A stretch of DNA of 64,000 bases from Chitinophaga pinensis (GTDB taxonomy: Bacteria > Bacteroidota > Bacteroidia > NS11-12g > UBA955), in NCBI GenBank assembly GCA_945871905.1, contig CAMBXL010000006.1, positions 34,033 to 98,032 on the forward strand, read 5' to 3'. Below, in pieces: positions 20,020 through 30,564 of the stretch (positions within the stretch are counted from its first letter, which is position 1; each line of letters opens with the position of its first letter). The position numbers were made by a program, and so were the translations under genes. The notes beneath the pieces were generated by a model, which saw only the letters and a program-made list of their open reading frames with translations, was not told the origin of the DNA and did no database searches.

Positions 20020-21048
20020 TTAAGCTTGTCTTTTTATATAGGGATTTAAATCGTAAATGCGTTCTATTATTTCTACCACTTTCAAACCTTCTAAGGCATT
20101 AGTGGTAATGGTGTTTCTATGCAACAATGTGTCCACTACATTCTCGAATATATAATTGTGATTGGCAGCCGAACCTTTGTATGGTCCATAATCATTGGCA
20201 GGATTTGATGGCGGCAATTCAGGCATTTCGTAATCTTTGACATGACAATAAACCACTTCATTCATGTATTGTCCACCAATTTTTATACTGCCATTCTTGG
20301 CAACTACCGTTAAGCTGCTTTCTAAATTTTGATTCCATACAGCAGTTGAATAATTCAAACTACCCATTCCGCCATTTAAAAATCGGAAATTCACAAAACC
20401 ACTGTCTTCGAAATCTGTAAGGTCTTTGTGTGTAAAGTCATCAAATTTTGCTTGAATGTCTTTAATATCACCAAACAACCAATACATAATGTCGATAAAA
20501 TGCGAAAATTGCGTAAACAATGTTCCTCCATCTATAGACAATTGACCTTTCCACCCGTCTTTTTTATAATATCTCTCATCGCGGTTCCAGTAACAGTTAA
20601 TCTGAACCATGTAAATATCTCCTAAAATGCCATCGTCTATTACTTTTTTAATCCATTCTGAAGGAGGTGAATATCGGTTTTGCATTACGCAAAACACTTG
20701 CTTGGAAACTTGTAATGATTTAAAAATAATTTTTTCACAATCCGCTTTATTTAATGCCATTGGCTTTTCTATCACTACATGTTTTTTGTGCTCCAAGCCC
20801 ATTAAGGCGTGTTCAGCATGAAACCCATTTGGCGTTGCTATACACAACACATCAAACTCAATACCACTAGTCAAAAGCGCCTCTAAACTATTGAAAAACG
20901 GAACTGAATATTGTTCGATACCCAATTCTTTCGCTTCTCTTGTATCTGCTAATGCTACAAGTTCTGATTCTGGATGGCGAGTTACCATTTCTGCATGTCG
21001 CTTACCAATGTGACCACAACCTACAACTGCTAATTTAATTTTCTTCAT
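20020..21048 (-). CDS. Gfo/Idh/MocA oxidoreductase (WlbA/WbpB-like)
   Basis: [36 protein letters not shown]. Confidence 0.88.
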   Translation of the reverse strand: MKKIKLAVVGCGHIGKRHAEMVTRHPESELVALADTREAKELGIEQYSVPFFNSLEALLTSGIEFDVLCIATPNGFHAEHALMGLEHKKHVVIEKPMALNKADCEKIIFKSLQVSKQVFCVMQNRYSPPSEWIKKVIDDGILGDIYMVQINCYWNRDERYYKKDGWKGQLSIDGGTLFTQFSHFIDIMYWLFGDIKDIQAKFDDFTHKDLTDFEDSGFVNFRFLNGGMGSLNYSTAVWNQNLESSLTVVAKNGSIKIGGQYMNEVVYCHVKDYEMPELPPSNPANDYGPYKGSAANHNYIFENVVDTLLHRNTITTNALEGLKVVEIIERIYDLNPYIKRQA

Positions 21049-22775
21049 TCTTCTTTAATTAATTGATTATTTTGAATCCTGTATTTAATGTTGCAAATAT
21101 TAATGATTTTACTTTGATGTGCAACAATAATTATTGCCACATTGTGGTGATTGATTTGTTCGATACTTTCCTGAATAATCGCTTCTGTTTCTTCATCCAA
21201 AGCACTAGTAGCCTCATCGAAAATCAACAACTTGGCATTTTTATACAATGCTCTTGCTATGGCGATCCGTTGTTTTTGGCCTTCACTAATTTTAGAACCG
21301 TTTTCACCAATAACAGAGTAAATACCATTAGGAAGTAACTTTACAAATTCTTGTAATCCCGATTCTTGTATCACTTTTTGTAACTTTTCTGCATCAAATT
21401 CTCGACTAAGTGTAATGTTTTCATGCAGACTTTTGTTAAAAACAAATGGATTTTGATGAACAAACCCTATCTGTGTCCACCAACTATTGATATGGTCTTG
21501 GTCTAATTTTACGCCATCAACCGTTATATTGCCTTCTTGAGTTTTAATGAGCCCTGTAATAATTTTCATTAAGGTGCTTTTACCACTTCCACTTGCCCCA
21601 CGAATCCCTATTTTTTCTCCCGGTTTTACTTTAAAAGAAATATCTTTCAATAATGGTTTTTCTGAATCGGAATATTGATAAGAAATGTGATTAATCTCTA
21701 ATTCCTTATTAAATTCTACATGGTGGTGTTTGGCTAATACCGGATCGTGCGTTTCGAAATTAAAAAAATCTACAATGTGCTGATACATTTTTAACTTCAT
21801 GGCAGCAACCAACATTCTGTTTAAAGCAGGCACTAATCTAAATACTGATAACACAAATACTGCCGCCAAAGTTCTAAGTCCCGCAGGATTATCAGAGAAA
21901 AAATAGCCGTAAATAACCAAACAAATTACCGCAACCAATACAACAATTTCATTGGCTCGGGCAGGAATACTTTGATAAAACACGGAGCGCAAATCATTCT
22001 TAACCAAAGGCTGCTGTTTGCGTAAAAAATCATTGATAAAAAACACTGAAGATTGATTGAGCTTAATATCTACGATACCATTTAATCCAAAATTTAAACT
22101 GCCAATGGTTTCTTCTCTCAACTGTTTGGATTGTTCTCCTAATTGATAAATTTTTTTCTTTGTCATTGTATTGACAAGATAAAAGGCTGGCGCAGTAATG
22201 AGTACGATAACCAAAAATAAGGTTGGATTAAAAACCAATATCAATGTTACGATAAACAAAAGCACAATAAATTCACCAAATAAACTCACAAATGGCAATA
22301 AAATACCTGTTGAAAAATACAAAGAATGAAAATGTATTTTGTTAAATAATTCAGAAGTTCCCTTACCAACAAAAGATTCATAAGGCTTACTGATTAAGTT
22401 ATAAAATGATTTTTCGGTAAAATGATGAACAACCTCAACCGCTAAATTATTTAATTTTTTTTGTACATAAACAGCAACAATATTCTTGAAAATAAAAAAA
22501 CCAACTATTAAACCAATAAGTGTTATTAAAAACTGAGCTTCGGTTTGAAAATTAAAAGTTTGAAAAACCCATCGTAATTTGCTACTTTTATTTAAAAAAT
22601 TGCCGTCAATGGCTAACATCAAAACTGGAACAACGGTTGCTAAAGCAATTACATCTGCAAGTGAAACTAAAGCAGTAATAATTAACAAAACCTTTCCCCT
22701 CCTTCGTTCTTTATTGTCCAATAGTTTACGAAGTGAACGAATAGTATGTTTTATAGCATTGGTTTTACTAGGCAA
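21045..22775 (-). CDS. Fused TMD-NBD ABC exporter (PglK-like glycan flippase candidate)
   Basis: N-terminal TM helices; GASGSGKST, ISEGQKQR, FDEATSALD. Confidence 0.85.
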   Translation of the reverse strand: MPSKTNAIKHTIRSLRKLLDNKERRRGKVLLIITALVSLADVIALATVVPVLMLAIDGNFLNKSSKLRWVFQTFNFQTEAQFLITLIGLIVGFFIFKNIVAVYVQKKLNNLAVEVVHHFTEKSFYNLISKPYESFVGKGTSELFNKIHFHSLYFSTGILLPFVSLFGEFIVLLFIVTLILVFNPTLFLVIVLITAPAFYLVNTMTKKKIYQLGEQSKQLREETIGSLNFGLNGIVDIKLNQSSVFFINDFLRKQQPLVKNDLRSVFYQSIPARANEIVVLVAVICLVIYGYFFSDNPAGLRTLAAVFVLSVFRLVPALNRMLVAAMKLKMYQHIVDFFNFETHDPVLAKHHHVEFNKELEINHISYQYSDSEKPLLKDISFKVKPGEKIGIRGASGSGKSTLMKIITGLIKTQEGNITVDGVKLDQDHINSWWTQIGFVHQNPFVFNKSLHENITLSREFDAEKLQKVIQESGLQEFVKLLPNGIYSVIGENGSKISEGQKQRIAIARALYKNAKLLIFDEATSALDEETEAIIQESIEQINHHNVAIIIVAHQSKIINICNIKYRIQNNQLIKEE

Positions 22776-22963
22776 TTGTTAATTAGGGATTTATAGTTTC
22801 CGTTGCAAAAGTAAATAGAAATATTCTATTTTATTATGTTTGAATTTGAACATATTGAAGTTGTATTAGTTGATAATTTAATATAGAGGTTTGTGTGAAA
22901 GAATTTACAGTGTTGTATAACTTCATTCCAAATAGTTACTATTAACACTCAACCATTACAACA

Positions 22964-24256
22964 TTAACTAACCCTGTAAAGCAAAGTTCTCTCTATCGCC
23001 CTTGCCAACTCTTTCTCCACCTCTACTTCGTTTGCAAACTTTTGCCAATCGGCTACTGCTGCTCTCACTTGCTCAATCAATTGAATCGGTTTTTTAATGT
23101 TCATTTTGTCTGCAATGGATATAAAATCCTTGAGTTCAAAATCCGTTCTTTTGCCTTCAATACTCAAAGCATGTTGACTCACCCAAGGACTGTTGGGTCG
23201 GTATGCATGGCAAACATCAAATGCAGGAGACAATCGCCAAACGCCGCTTTTGTCCATTAAAAAAGCAAAGTTTTTGGTGTGGTCATCGCAATTGCGAGCC
23301 ATCACATTAAAAACCATCCTAATAAACAGTTGTTGAGCATCCGAATATGGCAAACCTAACAAACGCATGGTTTCAAACAATTGCTCATAGCTGTATAAAC
23401 CCACTTCGTTAAAATCGTAATGTTGCAATCCGCAAAAACTCTGCATGTGCAGTTTTTCATTACCTTGTCTATCAAACCTTTTAGTCATAAAATGTGCTCT
23501 GCCATGTTCCTCAAAAAGTTGACAGTCTTCCATAACGATACCAGCTTGTCTTGCCATTAAATAATAAGCCATTTCAACCCTTCCGTAGCCACTGCTAGCG
23601 CCAAATTGGGTATCAGTAACGCCATCAAATTTGATTAACCAATGCTCAAAACCCTCTGGAATGTCTGCTTGTCCGCTTCTAACTTGTTTCGTCTTGGGAT
23701 TAAAAGCAATGACAGCCTTGGCTCTGGCACCTCCTGCCGAAGTACCAATTTTAAGCATATCAACCAATTTTTTTTCATCCTCAATAGTCAATTCGCTTTT
23801 AAAATCTTGTCTGTCTTGTAAAATTTTTTCGGCTATTTGAACCAAACTATTGATTTCCAAATCAAAATCTTTGTCGTCGGGTTTAGGATAATTGGGGATA
23901 AATTCTAAAGCGCCCATCCCTCTGTTGCCAATAAAACAAAGTATTTCAACCGGATTCAGACTATTACTCGGTCTGTTGTTTTTTTGCAACCATGCATTGA
24001 TAATGGCATTTCCATATTTATCAGGCAAAACATCAGCCAACAAACCAGGCAATCCCTTAAAAGTATTGATATTGCGCAATTCAGGAAATGAAAATATTGA
24101 ATTTTGATTGGCTTTCGGCATCTTAATTGGGCTAATATCCCAACCTTTCAATTTAAAAGAAGTATCAAACTCAAAACTAGCAGTAGCACTGGCAGTGTTC
24201 CAAGCTATGGCTCCAACCAAATTGCCCCAAATATTGATAAAAGCAGTTGTTATCAT
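22964..24256 (-). CDS. hipA: HipA-family Ser/Thr kinase toxin
   Basis: LPDKYG, GTSAGGARAK, KRFDR, NCDDHTKNF, LSPAFD. Confidence 0.92.
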   Translation of the reverse strand: MITTAFINIWGNLVGAIAWNTASATASFEFDTSFKLKGWDISPIKMPKANQNSIFSFPELRNINTFKGLPGLLADVLPDKYGNAIINAWLQKNNRPSNSLNPVEILCFIGNRGMGALEFIPNYPKPDDKDFDLEINSLVQIAEKILQDRQDFKSELTIEDEKKLVDMLKIGTSAGGARAKAVIAFNPKTKQVRSGQADIPEGFEHWLIKFDGVTDTQFGASSGYGRVEMAYYLMARQAGIVMEDCQLFEEHGRAHFMTKRFDRQGNEKLHMQSFCGLQHYDFNEVGLYSYEQLFETMRLLGLPYSDAQQLFIRMVFNVMARNCDDHTKNFAFLMDKSGVWRLSPAFDVCHAYRPNSPWVSQHALSIEGKRTDFELKDFISIADKMNIKKPIQLIEQVRAAVADWQKFANEVEVEKELARAIERTLLYRVS

Positions 24257-24262
24257 TAGCGT

Positions 24263-24616
24263 TTACCAATCGGATTTTTTATCATCTTTGGGTATGGATT
24301 TGGAAGCTCTTTGACGTTTTTTATACTTGGACTGCATTTCTGCTAGTTGCAAAGGACTTAACTCTGTTTCTATCTCAAAAAAAGAAAGAAAATCTAATTG
24401 TCCCAATGCTCGCATTACTTGAATAAAAGTGAGTAAATTGGCTCCACCACCCGATTCCAATTCAATTAATGTGCTGCGATTAATGCCTGCATCTGCGGCC
24501 AACTGCGCTTGTGTTTTGTTGATGTTTAGACGCTTATTTTTAATAAAATCGCCCATTTTCTGTAAGAGTGCTTTATCGGTAAAAGCTTTGTAGTTAATGT
24601 TGTAATTAGTTAACAT
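24263..24616 (-). CDS. hipB: XRE-family HTH antitoxin
   Basis: KTQAQLAADAGINRSTLIELESG; directly upstream of hipA. Confidence 0.85.
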   Translation of the reverse strand: MLTNYNINYKAFTDKALLQKMGDFIKNKRLNINKTQAQLAADAGINRSTLIELESGGGANLLTFIQVMRALGQLDFLSFFEIETELSPLQLAEMQSKYKKRQRASKSIPKDDKKSDW

Positions 24617-24761
24617 TGTAATTATAAAACCACCTTAATGTTGATTTTACACTACAAAGTTAACACATAATTTTGATAATAAAAAACAGATAGTAAAAAT
24701 TGTTGCTTTTAACCAACATTAGTAATATAATTTGCAATTAATGTTAATATAATTCAACATT
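24596..24761. promoter_or_regulatory. Four palindromic operators AATGTTG-N8-CAACATT plus -7 box of hipBA
   Basis: Sites start at 24596, 24637 (degenerate), 24699 and 24740; minus-strand TAACTTTG at 24655-24662. Confidence 0.7.
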
Positions 24762-24782
24762 ATATTTAAAACGTTGATTTCT

Positions 24783-25550
24783 ATGACAAAAAACTCTCTA
24801 CGTTGAGCTTTTTAATGGAAACTCTAACCACGGAGAACAAAAAGGGAGAATTAACCACAGAGATCGCAGAGAAAACACAGAGAACACAAAGAGACTGTTG
24901 AAAAGAGAGCACAGAGATGCTCTTCGAGCATGGGGGATTAATCAACACCGAGACATATAGGTGAGCGCAGAGTGATGAAAACAAAAAGAACACAAAGAAA
25001 AAATTATAGCCTCGGGTTTTAACCCGAGGATATGAGTAAACACACACAATCCTTTTTGGCGACTTTTTTGCTTCTCCCTTGCAAAAAAGATGACAAAAAG
25101 CACTCTTCGGAAGGCTTTTTAATGGAAACTCTAACTACAGAGAACATAAAGGGAATTTAACCACGGAGAACGCAGAGAAAACACAGAGAGCGCAGAGTGA
25201 ATCATTAAGAGGGGAAAAAGAGAACACAGAGATGCTCTTCGAGCATGGGACTATAAAAGGTTGGCGTAGTGACATGAAATCCTCCATAGGTGGACAAGCG
25301 CTCTGGGTGAAAATAAAACAGCAATTAAACAATCACGCTGAACGTCGTGAAACAATTTTAACCTCCTAAACCCATTAAACACCTAAACAGCTAAACAATC
25401 ACGCTGAACAGCGTGAAACAAATAAACAACTCAACAACTAAACGCATAAACAATTTAAACCTCCTCAACCTTTTAAACCCTTTAAACACTCTTCGAGAGC
25501 CTTAGAGTGACAAACACCTAAACAAATAAACAATCACGCTAACAATCACC
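24783..25550 (+). repeat. Composite intergenic repeat cluster 2
   Basis: A units 24849-24934 and 25154-25249, 94-bp double hairpin 25006-25099, B module about 25263-25305, C modules 25327-25354 and 25393-25420, TAAAC-rich runs, CTCTTCGAGAGCCTTAGAGTGAC. Confidence 0.9.
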
Positions 25551-25632
25551 CTCTAATTTGAGATTGTTTAATTTTTGTTGTGCCAAATTTTAGTTTTCTT
25601 TGCAAACAGAAACAGACTAATTAAAGAGCATT

Positions 25633-26220
25633 GTGTTTGAAATAACCCCAAAAGAACAAATTTTAAAATCAATTAGGAAAAACTTGGTTCAACCACTTAG
25701 TAATCCCTATGCAAACATTAATTTGGACCTACAAGTTACTTCGCCTTCTATGCAGTTTGCTGATGAAAATTTTGTCGTTGAATGGACTAATGCTGGCTAT
25801 TACTTCCAAACCTATAATGGTCCTTACGATTTATTAAATAAAATTTCTGCTGGCATACAATCTTTTCAATTGGGCACTCCTGCCTTGTCTGAAAAATATT
25901 TATGCGGTTTATTTGACGAACACGAACTTCAGTATTTAAAACCTGAAACAATGCACTCTTCACTCATTTCAAGTGTTGCTAAACTTGAAAGTGGTTCGCA
26001 AACACTCTTCTTCAATTCGGAAATTCAACCCGTTATTCATTTCAATAAAGCAATCAATCTTATCCTATTCTGTTCGGCTCAACACATTGAAAACATTGAA
26101 GAAAATAAATATTTTAGTGATATTAGCATTAAAAACAATGTTAAAGTACAATTGCAAATGGACTTCTTTAAATCCTTTGAAAAAGTAATTCTATTGGTCG
26201 AGGAAACGCCCTTAGCTTAA
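25633..26220 (+). CDS. Hypothetical protein, divergent LUD (LutC/YkgG)-like
   Basis: N-terminal KEQILKSIRKNL and LESGS resemble Bacteroidota LUD proteins; preceded by a TTTG-type promoter. Confidence 0.45.
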   Translation: MFEITPKEQILKSIRKNLVQPLSNPYANINLDLQVTSPSMQFADENFVVEWTNAGYYFQTYNGPYDLLNKISAGIQSFQLGTPALSEKYLCGLFDEHELQYLKPETMHSSLISSVAKLESGSQTLFFNSEIQPVIHFNKAINLILFCSAQHIENIEENKYFSDISIKNNVKVQLQMDFFKSFEKVILLVEETPLA

Positions 26221-26224
26221 AGTT

Positions 26225-28441
26225 TTATTGCCCTAAAGCAATTTTATAAAACGCATTTGAACTTTTTCCCTCTATTCTTAAAATGTAGATATTGTAAGGC
26301 AAATTAAACAACAATTCACTTTCTCCTATCTTATTCTCTAATAGCAATTTACCGTCTATTGAATAAATCTTTAGTTTTACATTTTCTGTACCATTCCAAA
26401 CCAACAAATTACCGTTTTTTACAGTCCACATTTTTTCTGATGATAATGGTGAAATGCTTAACTCTGTTAATACTAAACCATCACTTTCGTTTACACAACC
26501 AAAATTATTATAGGCCAAAACTTTATAAGTGCCGTAACCAAGTGAATTAATTGTAGTTTTACTCGTATCCACTGCTTTATTATTGTAATACCAAACATAA
26601 AAACCACTTGCATTGGTACTCAAAACGCCATTGGACTCTGAAATACTTGGTTTGTTAGGAATAGCAACTGTATTTAATTGCAGTGTATCTGAATAATAAA
26701 AACAAGCCGAATCAGTCAATCTAACATGGTATTTTCCGGCTAAATTAGTTGTATGAGTTTGTGCTGTTCCTTGCTTTACAAAAACGCCATTTCTATACCA
26801 ATCGTATGTGCCCGACTTGCCTGAACTACTTAAGGTTGTATTGCTGCCTTCGCAAATAGAATCTACACCTGAAATATTCATTTTAGGTACTATTCTTGGA
26901 ACTATTTCCATCGAAAAACTGTCATTGGCATTAAACCCATCATTGGTTTGATTGGGCAAATAAATCCATCCGTATATTCTTTGTTTTTCTGGCTTTAAAT
27001 ACAAATTTGTTACATTAATAAAACTCGATTGTTTTGAACCTAATGAAGATGACAATATAATGGTAGTGTCTCTTTCAATCTCATTGATAAAGTATTTTAA
27101 CTTAAATCGGGTTATTGGATTAACACCATAGTTTGTTAAGTACAATTTTAAATTAAAATCCAAGCAAGCATTGTTATGAACTGCACGGTCGGGCATCACC
27201 CCCAAGTCTTGAGCCATACAATTTGAAGAAGGACTTATTTGTTTGGTTTTAGTAGCCACAATATTTTCCCAAACATCCCATGTAGCTGTTCCTTTGATTC
27301 TTACGTGTGAAACGAAACTTAAATTACTGCCATTATTTGTAGCAAATTGTGACCCATTTATTTTATTAAAACACAAGTTTGAAGAAGGGTCGGCGTGTTT
27401 GGTAATAGCAATACTAGGGAATATCATACTGAACCCATAATCTTGATGTCTGAACAACCCTAAAAGTGTTGAAGCTGTTGAAGGTGAAAATCTTTTGTAA
27501 TGACAAGAGCGAATATTAAACTGATAATCCGCATACAGCACACAAGCATCGTTATTGTACTTACCTCCCAATAAAACCATTGTGTCATTAATAATTTGAA
27601 TGGAACTCAGTGAATTTAATGTCGAGTTTACAATTGTTTTAGTGCTAATTGGCGAAAAAGCAGTATCGTAAATACCAATTCGTTTGTCACTTCCTACTAC
27701 ATACAATTTTTGATTAATGCGATCATAGTCAGCATCTGTAATATTGAAATCATTGGAACTGATTATTGAAGTTAAGCTATCTCCATTTGCTTTAAGCTTA
27801 ATAAGTCCCAATTTAGAACCATATTTTTGAAATAAAAGAATATTTGAACCATTGGTTTCTGCCATTTTACTAATGACTGAAGAGGTATTGGTAGTCCTGT
27901 AATCTAATAATCTGAACCATTTAAGATTGCCATTTGGTGCTATTCTAAATACACCACTTCGTGAACCCCATTCACCAAATTCGTAATAGGATACGTTTGT
28001 TCTTACTGAAACTAAGTAATCACCATTGTTAAGTTTAATAATTTTATCGGGGTGTTCATCTAAACCTGTATTGTACCAATTGGCCCATATAATTCTTCCT
28101 GATGTGGTGGCTTTGATAATACCCACATTTGAAGTGCCTATTCTTCCCAAAACCAAAAATGTAGAATCGTTTTCCATGATTCCGCCTTTACCATATATGT
28201 TCTGAGAAATACTTCCATTTTGAGTTTTAAAAGACATTGTCCATTCTTCGCCATTTTTAAAACTAAACCTTTGAACACTCAATAAATCGATAGTGCCAAA
28301 TGCCATAAAACCAGAATCAGATGCTTGAATTCTGTATATATTACTCGTTTCATTTACATTGCCATAGCAGTTTACAGACTCTTGTGAAAATGCTATAAAA
28401 GGGAGTAAAGAAATAATAATTGCAACTGTTTTTAAATTCAT
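26225..28441 (-). CDS. Secreted protein with beta-propeller-like and Ig-like repeats and a T9SS type A C-terminal domain
   Basis: Signal peptide MNLKTVAIIISLLPFIAFSQ; YDWYRNG, AGKYHV; C-terminal KIYSIDGKLL...IYILRI...YKI. Confidence 0.75.
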   Translation of the reverse strand: MNLKTVAIIISLLPFIAFSQESVNCYGNVNETSNIYRIQASDSGFMAFGTIDLLSVQRFSFKNGEEWTMSFKTQNGSISQNIYGKGGIMENDSTFLVLGRIGTSNVGIIKATTSGRIIWANWYNTGLDEHPDKIIKLNNGDYLVSVRTNVSYYEFGEWGSRSGVFRIAPNGNLKWFRLLDYRTTNTSSVISKMAETNGSNILLFQKYGSKLGLIKLKANGDSLTSIISSNDFNITDADYDRINQKLYVVGSDKRIGIYDTAFSPISTKTIVNSTLNSLSSIQIINDTMVLLGGKYNNDACVLYADYQFNIRSCHYKRFSPSTASTLLGLFRHQDYGFSMIFPSIAITKHADPSSNLCFNKINGSQFATNNGSNLSFVSHVRIKGTATWDVWENIVATKTKQISPSSNCMAQDLGVMPDRAVHNNACLDFNLKLYLTNYGVNPITRFKLKYFINEIERDTTIILSSSLGSKQSSFINVTNLYLKPEKQRIYGWIYLPNQTNDGFNANDSFSMEIVPRIVPKMNISGVDSICEGSNTTLSSSGKSGTYDWYRNGVFVKQGTAQTHTTNLAGKYHVRLTDSACFYYSDTLQLNTVAIPNKPSISESNGVLSTNASGFYVWYYNNKAVDTSKTTINSLGYGTYKVLAYNNFGCVNESDGLVLTELSISPLSSEKMWTVKNGNLLVWNGTENVKLKIYSIDGKLLLENKIGESELLFNLPYNIYILRIEGKSSNAFYKIALGQ

Positions 28442-28840
28442 TTTGGAAATTTTAATAAACTTCAAATATATTATTTTTAATTTTATTGTCAAATTATTAA
28501 AGAAAATGATTGTCATCATCTTTGTTAAAATAGTAACCATAATCATCTGACAAAAAAGTGATTGAAGTATCATTTACAAAAAAAATACTTTATGCCCATT
28601 TATAACCAACTAGTAACTATTCCTCAAAAGCGATAAAAATTAATTATTAAAGTGAATTTAAAATATTTATACAGATGATTTGGAAGGTAAACAACGTTTT
28701 TTCTATCATATCCATCTTTGGTATATAATTTATTAATGCTTTTAAGCTAATAACCTATAACTGTTAAACTCACTCGGAACAGCGTGAAACTATTAACCAA
28801 AAATCCATAAGTTTGCAGACAATTTATATAATAAAACAAA

Positions 28841-29752
28841 ATGACAGTAAGAGAAGATATTTTAAAAAGAATTGACGAAAAATATGCCGCCATCAATCAG
28901 AATTCGAATGTACACCTTGAGGGCTTAGTTCACGCCAATCCTATCACTTATTGGGATTATATTTTGCCTGAAGCTTTGTTGGGTTTACAAATACAGCGTA
29001 CTACCTTGCCCGATGAAATGGTGTTTATTATGTACCATCAAATCAATGAATTGTTATTTAAAATGATTCTTTGGGAGATAGATCAAGTCAGTAACGCTCA
29101 ATCCATTGAGGCCGCTTTTTTTACCGAAAAACTTCGTCGTGTAAGTCGTTATTTTGACATGTTATCCTCTTCTTTCGATATCATGGGCGATGGCATGGAA
29201 AAAGAACAATACATGAAGTTTAGAAACACATTGACGCCTGCAAGTGGGTTTCAAAGTGCACAATACCGATTAATTGAATTTGCATCAACAGAAATTATCA
29301 ACTTAATAGACAACCGTTTTAGGGCCACTATCGACCGTAACACTCCTATTGAACATGCCTTCGAACATTTGTATTGGCAAGCTGCTGGAAAAGACTTTGC
29401 TACCGGTCATAAAAACACTTTATTGGTCAATTTTGAGAAAAAATACAAGCATGATTTATTGTTGAAAATGGAAGATTATAACACTACTAATTTGTGGACT
29501 AAATTTCAGCAATTATCTGTACATGTTCAACAAGATGAAGCCTTGATAAAAGCCATGCGTCATTACGACTATACGGTGAATGTTAGTTGGGTAATGGCGC
29601 ATTACAATGCCGCGGGTAAATACTTAGGCAATGCCGAAGCCACGGGAGGTAGCGATTGGCGCAAATACATGCACCCCAAATACCAACGCAGAATTTTCTT
29701 TCCAGGGTTGTGGAGCGAAGATGAATTGAAAAATTGGGGAGAAGGGTTGTAA
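28841..29752 (+). CDS. kynA: Tryptophan 2,3-dioxygenase family protein
   Basis: YWDYI, DEMVFIMYHQINEL, PASGFQSAQYR, ATGGS; TAAGTTTG promoter at 28808. Confidence 0.9.
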   Translation: MTVREDILKRIDEKYAAINQNSNVHLEGLVHANPITYWDYILPEALLGLQIQRTTLPDEMVFIMYHQINELLFKMILWEIDQVSNAQSIEAAFFTEKLRRVSRYFDMLSSSFDIMGDGMEKEQYMKFRNTLTPASGFQSAQYRLIEFASTEIINLIDNRFRATIDRNTPIEHAFEHLYWQAAGKDFATGHKNTLLVNFEKKYKHDLLLKMEDYNTTNLWTKFQQLSVHVQQDEALIKAMRHYDYTVNVSWVMAHYNAAGKYLGNAEATGGSDWRKYMHPKYQRRIFFPGLWSEDELKNWGEGL

Positions 29753-29792
29753 GTAAAATACAATATTTTTCACCTATTTTCGTTTGGTGAAT

Positions 29793-30431
29793 ATGAAAAA
29801 GTTTTTGGTTTTTTTAGGCCTTTTTTACGCTTTAGGGTTATCTGCGCAATACAAATATCAAATAAAAGCCAATTTGCTTATTAGAAATGGCGGTTTTACC
29901 AATGGTTTTAATTTGGGTTTTGAAACCCTGCACAAGAAAACCAATTTTCTAATCGATTTCCAAACTTTTGCCGAATACCCTCAAGAGACAAAGAGAATAA
30001 GTAAAGAAAATCAAGTTTATAATTTAACTGAAATCAGTAAATACAATAGCTATTTGGGTACTAATTTAGGTATTATCACTTCATTAAGTGAATCTGATAA
30101 ATATTCTCTTTCTGGCGGCTTTAAAGCCTTTGTAGGTGTTCACACAAAAAGAACCATTGAAACACAATATACACTTGATTCAGGACAAGGAAATTATCGT
30201 TGGCGCAGCAATGATGTATCGCTATCAGATCATTTAACATCCACACAATCCTTTGCATATGGTGCCATACCTTTTGTGAGAATGAGTGCCAAACTAAGTC
30301 CACAGTTTTTCCTAATTCCTGAAATACAACTACCCATAACTGGAAATATAAATGCATCTCAAAGACAGGTCAATTTTAATATGGGTTTCAATATTTCTAT
30401 AGCTTATCATTTTATTAAAACTAAAGATTAA
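29793..30431 (+). CDS. Putative outer-membrane beta-barrel protein
   Basis: Signal peptide MKKFLVFLGLFYALGLSAQ; alternating beta strands; C-terminal ISIAYHF. Confidence 0.6.
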   Translation: MKKFLVFLGLFYALGLSAQYKYQIKANLLIRNGGFTNGFNLGFETLHKKTNFLIDFQTFAEYPQETKRISKENQVYNLTEISKYNSYLGTNLGIITSLSESDKYSLSGGFKAFVGVHTKRTIETQYTLDSGQGNYRWRSNDVSLSDHLTSTQSFAYGAIPFVRMSAKLSPQFFLIPEIQLPITGNINASQRQVNFNMGFNISIAYHFIKTKD

Positions 30432-30564
30432 AATATATTAAGTGTTGTAGCTGAAATTCACACAACAATTTTATTCGAATTGGCAACTCAGAAACCTACA
30501 CCAAACCAAGCCCAACGGTTGGATTTAGGTATTTTATGAAAGTAGAAGAGAGGTAGTTAGGGAG

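Noticed and set aside
17490-25332. Small ORFs at 17490-17735, 17515-17700, 24781-25047 and 25135-25332
   Set aside because: They are translations of the repeat modules (SLCVLCVFSA-type low complexity) with no coding signal
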